Positions 30,817 to 39,744 of a stretch of DNA of 64,000 bases are shown here, piece after piece. How positions within the stretch are numbered: position 1 is the stretch's first letter; each line of letters opens with the position of its first letter. The stretch covers positions 352,001 to 416,000 of the forward strand of contig CBDBLO010000002.1 of the NCBI GenBank assembly GCA_965207075.1, written 5' to 3'. The notes below the pieces were generated by a model that saw only the letters and a list, made by a program, of their open reading frames with translations, did no database searches and had not been told where the DNA came from. A program made the position numbers and the translations under genes. This stretch comes from Nitrosopumilus sp. (GTDB lineage: Archaea; Thermoproteota; Nitrososphaeria; Nitrososphaerales; Nitrosopumilaceae).

Positions 30817-32583
30817 ATGGCAGGTCTGCAGGACAAAACAATTCTGGCCGGTACTATGATAATATTGATTATAGGCGCCGCTGCGATCGCCCCAGCGCTG
30901 TTGCAGTCTGCATCAGCTGAGACAGGTTTTACAATTGTAAAAAAGACTGCCGGAATCATAATGAAATTCTGTACAAACGAGGCGTTCACCCTGCAGGACT
31001 GCAACGAAAGGTATGAGGGGCTCGGATGGACGGATCGAATAAACGTCCTGATATATGCGCCGGGCTGGAACGACGACTCTGACAAGATAGACGTTATCGG
31101 CACGCCAGAGAATCCAATCAAGGTGTATACTGGCCCGCAGAGAGTCACGGAGGTGGACTTTTCGGAGACCGGATTTGATACTGGAATATTCATGGGCGTC
31201 GTCAAGATGACCGGGGCGCCTAACTATCTCGTGCACGATTCGTTTCACACTAGTATATCTACCCATGGCGTGACCGGTTCCACCGAAAACGGGCCTCCCA
31301 CTCATGGCGGGGGGCATTCAGGCGGCCATGGCGGCATGACCGCGCCACAGCACGGCGGAGGCCATGGCATGACCGCGCCCGACATGACCGCGCCACAGCA
31401 CGGCGGAGGCCATGGCATGACCGCGCCCGACATGACCGCGCCACAGCACGGCGGAGGCCATGGCATGACCGCGCCCGACATGACCGCGCCACAGCACGGC
31501 GGAGGCCATGGCATGACCGCGCCCGACATGACCGCGCCCGACATGACCGCGCCACAGCATGACCGCGGCGCCGAGATCTCATCTCATGACCGCGCCGTCC
31601 TGATAGCAACAGAACCGCAAGACGGACGGATTACCGTATCCTGGGAACCAAACGAGGACACGATCATACAAAAATCTGCGACATACGAATGGGAGATTGG
31701 AGAGGTTCAATTCCACAAACCAGTATATGACGTCAACGAAAAGGTCACGTTCTTCTTGCGCGACAAGGATCTGTGGATACACCACGCCGAATTCCACACC
31801 AATTATGTCCGTGTATATTCTGATACTGATCTTACCGGAATTCATGTGGGTGTACAATTTACTCCATTTATGGAGCACGCCACCGTCCAAGACGGGTTCA
31901 GTGACAGACACCTTACGGAGCCTGCCGCAAGCTCGCTTACGAAATATACGGAAGACGGCAGGTGGAAGGTCTACTTTTGGTGGGAGCCTGGGGGGCTGCT
32001 CGGAGTCGGCCAGGACTATGTCATCAACCTCATGGCGCACGACGGCATGACCGACGTGCACGAGATGGGCCTGACATATACGATGGAGATATACCTCAAC
32101 GGCGAGCTTGTCGAGACCCGTGTCGACCGCTCATTTGCGGACGGACAGGGCCTCGAACCAATCCGGTTTGACGAGCGAGGATCCGTCCGTATCGTAATAA
32201 AGGACATCTTTGATGACGCGTCACAGCAGGTCAACTTTTCATTCCAAGTGGCTCCGGAGGCAGTAATCAAGGAGGTTGTGCCCAGACACGGCTCGTTTGA
32301 GGAGGGAAACGTGCCTGACTACCTCGAAGGATATGATCACCCCCACCACTACAACTATCTGGAGGGCGAGTTCATCATGACCACTACGGATCGCTCCGAC
32401 AGTCAGGACAGGCTGCGCGTGTCAGACGGCGACACCATCTACATCGAATATGAGGATCTTACCCTCCCAGATCCGTATACGACTGCCGACTCGCTGGATA
32501 TCGTTGCACGGGCGCTGGTGCTGGACACGGGCACCTCTGCGGGCGACGACGGTTCTGAGATATTCGTGGAGATCCCGTCATAA
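30817..32583 (+). CDS. Secreted protein with His/Met-rich repeat insert
   Basis: Signal peptide ASA|E; ETGFDTGIFMG; beta-rich domains. Confidence 0.85.
   Translation: MAGLQDKTILAGTMIILIIGAAAIAPALLQSASAETGFTIVKKTAGIIMKFCTNEAFTLQDCNERYEGLGWTDRINVLIYAPGWNDDSDKIDVIGTPENPIKVYTGPQRVTEVDFSETGFDTGIFMGVVKMTGAPNYLVHDSFHTSISTHGVTGSTENGPPTHGGGHSGGHGGMTAPQHGGGHGMTAPDMTAPQHGGGHGMTAPDMTAPQHGGGHGMTAPDMTAPQHGGGHGMTAPDMTAPDMTAPQHDRGAEISSHDRAVLIATEPQDGRITVSWEPNEDTIIQKSATYEWEIGEVQFHKPVYDVNEKVTFFLRDKDLWIHHAEFHTNYVRVYSDTDLTGIHVGVQFTPFMEHATVQDGFSDRHLTEPAASSLTKYTEDGRWKVYFWWEPGGLLGVGQDYVINLMAHDGMTDVHEMGLTYTMEIYLNGELVETRVDRSFADGQGLEPIRFDERGSVRIVIKDIFDDASQQVNFSFQVAPEAVIKEVVPRHGSFEEGNVPDYLEGYDHPHHYNYLEGEFIMTTTDRSDSQDRLRVSDGDTIYIEYEDLTLPDPYTTADSLDIVARALVLDTGTSAGDDGSEIFVEIPS
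31336..31560 (+). repeat. 48-bp tandem repeat x4 (+ partials) encoding MTAPQHGGGHGMTAPD
   Basis: Read directly from the sequence. Confidence 0.93.
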
Positions 32584-32599
32584 CGGAGGCTTGATTGGT

Positions 32600-35080
32600 A
32601 TGAGCGCTGCGATTGACAGTTATACTGCGTCCGTTCCATATGGTACTGTGTTGCAACGGCATGGGTCTGGACATATTGCACTGTCGTTCATGCTTGTGGT
32701 GACGCTTGTGTCGGCATCCGCACTCTTTGCGTATGACGGCATGTTTGAGGAGGCTTATGCGGGAAGCTCCGGTTCAGCTGACAGTGAACTCTTGCTGATA
32801 AACGGCGACTACCACATGCTTGAGATCTCGACCGACCCCGCAATATTGAGCGGGGACGAGGAACATGTCGCGATGACCATATCCTTGGTGAATGTGGACG
32901 CGGAGCCTGCCATCCAGGTGTCCGGCGTAGAGTACGGCCTGACGTTTGTCGATGGCAGTGACAGGGACATCTTGCTTGCATCCCTCGACGCGTACTCGCC
33001 TGGTGAAAGCCTGCGTATACTGATACAACCTTCCACGGATGCACCCGTCGAGGTATCCGGCGAGAGCGCCAAGGAGGGATCTTGGCTGGCATTCGACGAC
33101 TCCCCGGCCACGTTGAAGGCCCCTGTATTTCTGGAGGGAGGCATAGTCTACATACATGCGACAGTCAAATCAATTGACTCGCAGCCCGTGTCCGCGGGCG
33201 AAGATTCCACCTTCGAGGTGATGTTCAGCATGGGCCAGTATGTTCCGTTTACAGTCGAGATTGATGGCATGCCGTCGGATATCACATTTGCCACTTATTT
33301 TGACAGGGTTGACAAATTTTCATACGACGAACAGGCCAGGAGTGTCTCAGTAGAGATGCCGTTTGTCTGGACCGAGGAGTACATCGAGGCGGCATCGTTC
33401 ATCCACGCCGAATTCTTTATCCCAAAGTCAATTGATCTCTTTGAGAACCATGACATACTGCTTGCAGTAAACGGAATGGACTATTTCGGCACGGTGGACC
33501 GCTCCGGCAGCGACGAGACGGTGGTGCACTACCTGTTGTCCTCTGGCAAGCTGCTTGAGATGATGCAAAATCTGGAACCCGAGTATCTTGACAGGATGGT
33601 GTTTGAGATGAGGGCCGGCGCCGAGCGCCAGAATCAGATAAGCGGCGACGCGTCAATCGAGGCGGGGGACGCGGTAATAACGAGGTCGACTGGGGGCGCC
33701 GACGGGAACTATGACGTGCGCGTGTCGGCCGAGCCTGCGGGCATGCTGCATCCCGGAAACGAGCTGACGCTGTCACTTGAGATCCGTCATGAGGGCTCTG
33801 ACGACCATATTCCGGGGGCCACGTACGACGTGAGACTGTCACTGGGCGGCGATGTCGTGCTGTCTGAGGCCGGACGCGAGGCGCCCGAGGGGGGTGACCG
33901 CATTACGGCCACGTTTGATGAGACGGGGATTGCAGCGCTCGAGGTGGCAAATATAGAGGGAACCTCCTCGTCGGCCGAGATCTCCTTTGTGATCAGCGAG
34001 CCACACGACATGTCCGGCATGGACCACGGCGGCATGATGATGGGCGGCGACGGCGACGGCGACGGCATGGACCACGGCGGCATGATGATGGGCGGCGACG
34101 GCGACGGCGACGGCATGGACCACGGCGGCATGATGATGGGCGGCGACGGCGACGGCGACGGCATGGACCACGGCGGCATGATGATGGGCGGCGACACGGA
34201 ACAAGACGAGATGGCTGCCATGAACGACGAGATGAAGGCCATGATGAAGGAGCACGAGGCCATGATGAAGGAGCACGAGGCCATGATGAAGGAGCACGAG
34301 GCCATGATGAAGGAGCACGAGGCCATGATGAGCGACGACAGCGATCCCATGGACATTGATGCGCACATGGGGATGATCAGGGACCATGAGGCGAAGATAT
34401 CAGGGCATGGAGAGATGGTCGAGGCCCACGAGGCGATCATGCGGCAGCACATGCAGGTAATGGACAGGCACGGTACGGGCATGGGTGACGACGGTATGAT
34501 GATGATGGCGCAGATGCACGATGAAATGATGAGCCTGCACGAGGCTATGATGAAGGATCACAAGGCAATGAGTGACGACCACGACATGATGCGGGCCGAC
34601 CACGAGACGATGAGGCAGAAACACGCAACTATGATGGATGACGCTGTCGAGATTCCCGCAGACGAAGGCGGCGGTTGCCTTATCGCGACTGCCGCATTCG
34701 GTTCCGAGCTTGCGCCCCAAGTCCAGCAGCTCAGGGAGCTGAGGGACAACACCGTACTTGCAACCTCATCCGGAACCGCATTCATGTCGGGCTTCAATTC
34801 CATATACTATACGTTCTCCCCGTCTGTGGCAGACATTCAGAGGGAGAACCCGGCAATCAGGGAAGCAACCAAGGTTCTGCTGACGCCAATGCTGTCGTCA
34901 CTCTCGCTGTTGGAGCATGCGGACATCGACACGGAAGCGGAGATGCTGGGGTACGGCGTGTCGATAATACTACTGAACCTTGGAATGTATGTGGGCATTC
35001 CCGCGTTTGCGGCCGTGGGGTGCGCGCGGCTGGCACGGGCCCGGCTGCTCCCCCGTGCCGAGACCCGGCCCGGACGATAG
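32600..35080 (+). CDS. Secreted CFI-box-CTERM protein (paralog 4) with Met/His-rich region
   Basis: TYFD..MPFVW..IHAE..VVHY; His heptad helices; GGCLIATAAFG. Confidence 0.88.
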   Translation: MSAAIDSYTASVPYGTVLQRHGSGHIALSFMLVVTLVSASALFAYDGMFEEAYAGSSGSADSELLLINGDYHMLEISTDPAILSGDEEHVAMTISLVNVDAEPAIQVSGVEYGLTFVDGSDRDILLASLDAYSPGESLRILIQPSTDAPVEVSGESAKEGSWLAFDDSPATLKAPVFLEGGIVYIHATVKSIDSQPVSAGEDSTFEVMFSMGQYVPFTVEIDGMPSDITFATYFDRVDKFSYDEQARSVSVEMPFVWTEEYIEAASFIHAEFFIPKSIDLFENHDILLAVNGMDYFGTVDRSGSDETVVHYLLSSGKLLEMMQNLEPEYLDRMVFEMRAGAERQNQISGDASIEAGDAVITRSTGGADGNYDVRVSAEPAGMLHPGNELTLSLEIRHEGSDDHIPGATYDVRLSLGGDVVLSEAGREAPEGGDRITATFDETGIAALEVANIEGTSSSAEISFVISEPHDMSGMDHGGMMMGGDGDGDGMDHGGMMMGGDGDGDGMDHGGMMMGGDGDGDGMDHGGMMMGGDTEQDEMAAMNDEMKAMMKEHEAMMKEHEAMMKEHEAMMKEHEAMMSDDSDPMDIDAHMGMIRDHEAKISGHGEMVEAHEAIMRQHMQVMDRHGTGMGDDGMMMMAQMHDEMMSLHEAMMKDHKAMSDDHDMMRADHETMRQKHATMMDDAVEIPADEGGGCLIATAAFGSELAPQVQQLRELRDNTVLATSSGTAFMSGFNSIYYTFSPSVADIQRENPAIREATKVLLTPMLSSLSLLEHADIDTEAEMLGYGVSIILLNLGMYVGIPAFAAVGCARLARARLLPRAETRPGR
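34016..34330 (+). repeat. 48-bp repeat x~3.7 (GMDHGGMMMGGDGDGD) followed by 21-bp repeat x4 (MMKEHEA)
   Basis: Read directly from the sequence. Confidence 0.92.
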
Positions 35081-35184
35081 GCCGCGCGGCAGTTTCTCAA
35101 ATTACGGATACGAAGCGGGCCTGCCCGCGGCCCGCCCTAGTTTGACAAATCTTATTTAGTCAATTTCCCTCCAACAGCTTTGAC

Positions 35185-35955
35185 ATGATCCCGCTAAAGG
35201 ACGAGAACCCGCACCCGCCGGGATTCCGGCCCGTCATGACGATCATACTGATAATTGCAAACTCCGTCGTCTTCGTGTTTGAGGTGCTGTATACGGGCCA
35301 GTTCTTTGACTTTACAAACCGCAACGCGTTTGCGATGTTCTACAGCTGGGGGGCCGTGCCCAACTGCGTCACGGGCGCCAGCGAGTCGCTGATAAACTTC
35401 GGGGCGGGCGCCGTGTCGATACCGTGCCCCGACATGCAGTATACGTCGCTGCTCAGCTCCATATTCATGCACGGCGGACTCTTGCACTTTGGCGGCAACA
35501 TGCTGTTCCTGTGGGTCTTTGGGGACAACATAGAGCAAAAGTTCGGCAAGTTCAAGTTTCTGGGCATATACCTGATGTGGGGGGTCGTGGCGGGGCTGGT
35601 CCACATATACGGCGACGCCACGAGCCCGATCCCGGCAGTCGGCGCGTCGGGCGCCATATCGGGCATAATGGGGGCGTACCTGGTGCTGTTCCCGAGGGTC
35701 CGCATCCTCACGTTTGTGGGCTATTTCATGCTGCACATACAGGCAAAGTGGTTCATGCCGTTCTGGCTCATCATGCAGAACCTGCTCCCGTACCTGGTGG
35801 GGGGGTTCGGCGTGGCAGGCGGCGGCGTAGCCTACCTTGCGCACATCGGGGGGTTTGTAATCGGGCTGATCACGGCGTACGCGTACAGGAGGGCGTTCGA
35901 TCCGCCCCCGCTGTACGGGACCAGATACGGGTACAGGCCGGACTATTACGAATAA
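35185..35955 (+). CDS. Rhomboid family intramembrane serine protease
   Basis: HGGLLHFGGNMLFL, GASGAISG and AHIGG motifs. Confidence 0.95.
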   Translation: MIPLKDENPHPPGFRPVMTIILIIANSVVFVFEVLYTGQFFDFTNRNAFAMFYSWGAVPNCVTGASESLINFGAGAVSIPCPDMQYTSLLSSIFMHGGLLHFGGNMLFLWVFGDNIEQKFGKFKFLGIYLMWGVVAGLVHIYGDATSPIPAVGASGAISGIMGAYLVLFPRVRILTFVGYFMLHIQAKWFMPFWLIMQNLLPYLVGGFGVAGGGVAYLAHIGGFVIGLITAYAYRRAFDPPPLYGTRYGYRPDYYE

Positions 35956-35979
35956 ATCCCGCGTGCGCAAACCGCGGCC

Positions 35980-36156
35980 ATGCCACTGGTTACGGTCTCG
36001 ATGTACCCCGGCAGGACGCAGGAGCAGAAGGACGAGTTTGCAAGGGCCCTGACTGAATCCGCCGTGGAGATACTGGGCACGAAAAAGGAACACGTCATCG
36101 TGGTGTTTGAAGAGAACCCAAAGGAGAACTGGTTCCTTGCCGGAAAGCAGCTCTGA
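35980..36156 (+). CDS. 4-oxalocrotonate tautomerase family protein (58 aa, not in ORF track)
   Basis: MPLVTVSMYPGRTQEQKDEFARALT..VIVVFEENPKENWFLAG; catalytic Pro1. Confidence 0.9.
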   Translation: MPLVTVSMYPGRTQEQKDEFARALTESAVEILGTKKEHVIVVFEENPKENWFLAGKQL

Positions 36157-36211
36157 GTGAAACCCCGGAACCGTTTTTTTGATTAAACCTTTATTGCGCG
36201 GCGCGCGCCAC

Positions 36212-37024
36212 GTGGCGTTGAAGGCTGCCATAGTCCAGTTCAAGGCATCCGCGTCAAAGCAGAAGAACCTCGGCCGCATACTCTCGTACGTCGAGAGGGC
36301 GGCAGGCCGGGGGGCCTCCCTGTGCGCATTTCCAGAGTTCATGATGCTGTACACGAGCGCATCGCAGACCCCCGAGCAGCTTGCGTCGGAAGCCGAGCCG
36401 GTTACGGGCGAGTTTGTCTCCAGTATAGCGGAGGCGGCCCGGAAGAACGGCATACAGGTCGTCGGCTCCATATACGAGACGAGTCCGCGGCCCGACCGCG
36501 TGTATGACACGCTGTTCGTATCCGACAAGAGGGGGAGGATAATCTCCACGTACAGAAAGATCCACCTGTACGACGCGCTCGGGTTCAAGGAGTCCGACAA
36601 GATGGCGCCCGGCTCCGGCATGGCAAAGCCGGTCAGGACAGCGATAGGGAGAATCGGCATGATGGTCTGCTACGACCTGAGGTTCCCGGAGATGTCGCGC
36701 TCGCTTGCCGCGGCCGGATCCGAGGTACTGGTCGCGCCCTCTGCATGGGTCGGGGGGTACATGAAAAAGGAGCACTGGCGCACGCTGAACCGCACGCGCG
36801 CAATAGAGAACGGGTGCTACGTGATCGCGCCCGACCAGGTGGGCCACGTATACTGCGGGCACAGCATGGCAGTGGATCCGTACGGCAAGGTGCTCCTTGA
36901 CATGAAGCAGAGGGAGGGGATAGGATACGTGGACGTTGACATATCAAAGGTGAGGGAGACGCGCAAGGCACTCCCCCTCTTGAAGAACCGCAGGACCGAC
37001 ATCTATCCGTCCTTGCGCGCCTGA
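36212..37024 (+). CDS. Carbon-nitrogen hydrolase (nitrilase/Nit1-like)
   Basis: FPE, YRKIHLYD and VCYDLRFPE catalytic triad motifs. Confidence 0.93.
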   Translation: MALKAAIVQFKASASKQKNLGRILSYVERAAGRGASLCAFPEFMMLYTSASQTPEQLASEAEPVTGEFVSSIAEAARKNGIQVVGSIYETSPRPDRVYDTLFVSDKRGRIISTYRKIHLYDALGFKESDKMAPGSGMAKPVRTAIGRIGMMVCYDLRFPEMSRSLAAAGSEVLVAPSAWVGGYMKKEHWRTLNRTRAIENGCYVIAPDQVGHVYCGHSMAVDPYGKVLLDMKQREGIGYVDVDISKVRETRKALPLLKNRRTDIYPSLRA

Positions 37025-37602
37025 CCCCTCGTGGGGCACGCGATGTTGGAGCACTGCCTCGTCCATTTCTGCTTTGAGGAGTAGCGGAATATCACCTCTG
37101 GCCACGCGCACGTTCCGCACGCCTTCTTCGTGGCGCGCAGCCGCGCCCTCTGCAGAAGCGGCGACGAGGCGTCGCACCCGCCGTAAAAGTTGGAGCACCC
37201 CATAAAGCGCTTGCCGGTCCTTGGCGACTTTATTACGAGCAGCTGGCCTATGCCGCAGTCGGGGCACGGGACCAGCCCGCCCTCCGTGGAACTCGTCCCG
37301 AGTATCATGTACTGGCGCTTTTTTGCGGACCACGAGACGTACCCGCCGGAGTCCATATACTGCACGAGCTGCCTTCTGAGCGTCTCGGCCTCCGGCTTTG
37401 TGGCGCGAACCGAGTGCCTGTCTGCGTGACGCCGCCCCCGTCCTGCCGCCGCGGATCCGGCGCTGGCCTTGGCGCGCCTCTTTCTGCCTGCCTGCCCGGA
37501 TCCCTTCTTTGCTGCCGCCGCCCTTCTTGTGATCTTGGTACCAGTGCCGCCGCCCTTCTTGCCACTTGCAGGCCCGGCGCGGCGCTTGTCGGCTTCTTTC
37601 AT
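37003..37602 (-). CDS. Protein with topoisomerase I-type C4 zinc ribbons and basic N-terminus
   Basis: CPDCG..FMGCSNFYGGC and CGTC..CSNIAC. Confidence 0.8.
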   Translation of the reverse strand: MKEADKRRAGPASGKKGGGTGTKITRRAAAAKKGSGQAGRKRRAKASAGSAAAGRGRRHADRHSVRATKPEAETLRRQLVQYMDSGGYVSWSAKKRQYMILGTSSTEGGLVPCPDCGIGQLLVIKSPRTGKRFMGCSNFYGGCDASSPLLQRARLRATKKACGTCAWPEVIFRYSSKQKWTRQCSNIACPTRGQARKDG

Positions 37603-37651
37603 GAGATATGTTGCTATTACGATTTTTATAGGGATTCTGATTACGCGCCGC

Positions 37652-38809
37652 ATGGAGAAGGTCTGCGTCCTTGGAGCAGGAAGCACAAAGTATGGAAACC
37701 TGGCCAATGACAGCATTGTGGACATTACCACACAGGCCTCCGTTGCGGCAATCGAGGATGCGGGCGTGGACCCCAAGGAGGTAAAGGCCGCCTACATCTC
37801 AAACGTGTTCGGCGTGGCGGACAAGCAGGTGCACATAGGCCCCGTCCTGATGAGCAACCTGGGAATATCAGACCGCCCGTCCCTGTCAATAGAGTCGGCG
37901 TGCGGCAGCGGATCAGTCTCGTTCCGGGAGGCGTATGCAAACGTGGCCGCCGGATTCTACGACTGCCTTGTGGTCACGGGAGTCGAAAAGGTGACGCATA
38001 CCGGCACCGAGTGGACCACGACCTACTTTGCGTACTGTTCTGACTTCTTCTACGAGGGCCAGGCCGGCGCGTCGTTTCCGGGGCTGTTTGCGTCCATGGC
38101 GCGCGCGTACCTGACCGAGTTTGGCGCGACCGAGGAGGACTTTGCCAGGGTCGCCGTCAAGAACCACGAAAACGGGTTCTTGAACCCAAAGGCGCACCTC
38201 AAAAAGCGCATTACGGTCGACGACGTGATGGGTTCCCCCGTGATCGCAAGCCCGCTAAAGCTGTTTGACTGCTGCCCGTTCTCTGACGGCGCCAGCTCTG
38301 TAATCCTGTGCTCTGAAAAGTTTGCCAAGGAGCACGGGGGCGACTATGTAGAGGTTTCAGGCTCGGGCCGGGGCGGCTCGCCCGCAGCGCTGCAGGGCCG
38401 GGAGCACCTCACCACGATCCCCAGCACCAAGATAGCCGCGGACGCGGCATACAAGATGGCCGGCATAACCCCAAAGGACGTGGACTTTGCCGAGGTGCAC
38501 GACTGCTTTACGATAGCGGAGGTGGTTGACACGGAGGACCTGGGATTCTTCAAAAAGGGGGAGGGCGTACAGGCGGTGCGCGAGGGAAGGACGAGCCTCA
38601 ACTCTGAAATTTCGATAAACCCGTCCGGAGGGCTAAAGTCCAAGGGCCACCCGATTGGCGCCACCGGCGTCGGGCAGGTGGTCGAGGTGTACGACCAGCT
38701 GACGGGGCGCGCAGGGGAGCGCACCGTGAAGGACGCCCACATAGGACTCACGCACAACTTTGGCGCCACGGGAGCCAGCTGCGCAGTCCACATATTCCAA
38801 GGCGTGTAA
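37652..38809 (+). CDS. Archaeal acetyl-CoA acetyltransferase (thiolase)
   Basis: ESACGSG, EVHDCF and NPSGGLKSKGHPIGATG motifs. Confidence 0.93.
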   Translation: MEKVCVLGAGSTKYGNLANDSIVDITTQASVAAIEDAGVDPKEVKAAYISNVFGVADKQVHIGPVLMSNLGISDRPSLSIESACGSGSVSFREAYANVAAGFYDCLVVTGVEKVTHTGTEWTTTYFAYCSDFFYEGQAGASFPGLFASMARAYLTEFGATEEDFARVAVKNHENGFLNPKAHLKKRITVDDVMGSPVIASPLKLFDCCPFSDGASSVILCSEKFAKEHGGDYVEVSGSGRGGSPAALQGREHLTTIPSTKIAADAAYKMAGITPKDVDFAEVHDCFTIAEVVDTEDLGFFKKGEGVQAVREGRTSLNSEISINPSGGLKSKGHPIGATGVGQVVEVYDQLTGRAGERTVKDAHIGLTHNFGATGASCAVHIFQGV

Positions 38810-38815
38810 GAAGAG

Positions 38816-39193
38816 ATGTCTGCAAAGGAACAGATGATAAATTATGCCAGAGAGGGCAAGGTGCTTACGCACAAGTGCACCGCGTGCGGGCGCCTGCACC
38901 TGAGCACGGTCTACTTTTGCCAGAGTTGCGGGGCAAAGGACTTTGAACCCGTCGTGCTGGAAGGGCGCGGCAGCGTTGCCACGTACACTATAATTACCGT
39001 CCCCCCCGCGGGATTCGAAGGGTACACCCCGTACGCGTTTGTCGTGCTGCGCCTCGACGACTCCGAGCTCCGCATATCGGGGTTCATGGCGGACATTGCG
39101 ACTCCGGCCGACCTGCCCGTCGGCACCAGGGCCAAGATTACCGGCTTCGATGAGCGCGGCATAGTAATCTCAAAGGACGACGGCGCTTCCTGA
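38816..39193 (+). CDS. DUF35 Zn-ribbon/OB-fold thiolase partner
   Basis: CTAC..CQSC, G.V.TYT..PY; immediately after the thiolase. Confidence 0.92.
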   Translation: MSAKEQMINYAREGKVLTHKCTACGRLHLSTVYFCQSCGAKDFEPVVLEGRGSVATYTIITVPPAGFEGYTPYAFVVLRLDDSELRISGFMADIATPADLPVGTRAKITGFDERGIVISKDDGAS

Positions 39194-39245
39194 ACGGTCC
39201 GCCGCGCGACAACAATTTTATTTTGCGCCCTCCAACCGGTGTATC

Positions 39246-39407
39246 ATGTCTGTGAATGTGGTATGCGGCAAGTGCGGCGAAAAGATCACAAACATGAAGA
39301 TGCTAAAGTCCCTCAAAGACGCGATGGCCTCGAACAACGGCAAGTGCCCCGCATGCGGCGAAAAGCTGTCGTCTTCCGAGTTTGAGCTCGACGCCAGGGA
39401 AAAGTGA
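39246..39407 (+). CDS. 53-aa zinc-ribbon protein (not in ORF track)
   Basis: MSVNVVCGKCGEKI..NNGKCPACGEKL; TTTTATTT about 25 nt upstream. Confidence 0.8.
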   Translation: MSVNVVCGKCGEKITNMKMLKSLKDAMASNNGKCPACGEKLSSSEFELDAREK

Positions 39408-39744
39408 CCCGCGCCAGGAGCGGCGGCGGGCGCGACATGCAGGACGACGGCCTGCCCCAAGCAAGAACTGTCCTGGGCGCAACGTAGTGGCCTGGGAAAA
39501 GCGGCGCTCCTGCCTGAAGCCCGCCATCCATGCCTGCAGCGGCTGTCGCCGTTGACGTTGCCCAGCGCGCGTGAATCCACCGTATCCGCAGTGGTCGGTT
39601 TTTAAACGGCCGTCAGTCCTGTCTGCCGCCCGCGGGCTCTTCGACAACAGCGCAAAAGATCTGCAGCTCTGGCATGTGATCATCCGCTGTTTGGCATGCG
39701 ACACGTCATAATTCTTATTTACTCCGGTTTGGAGCATATTCTGG

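Noticed and set aside
8569-34330. Tandem repeats as CRISPR arrays
   Set aside because: No unique spacers; all unit lengths are multiples of 3 and in frame within genes; no cas genes.
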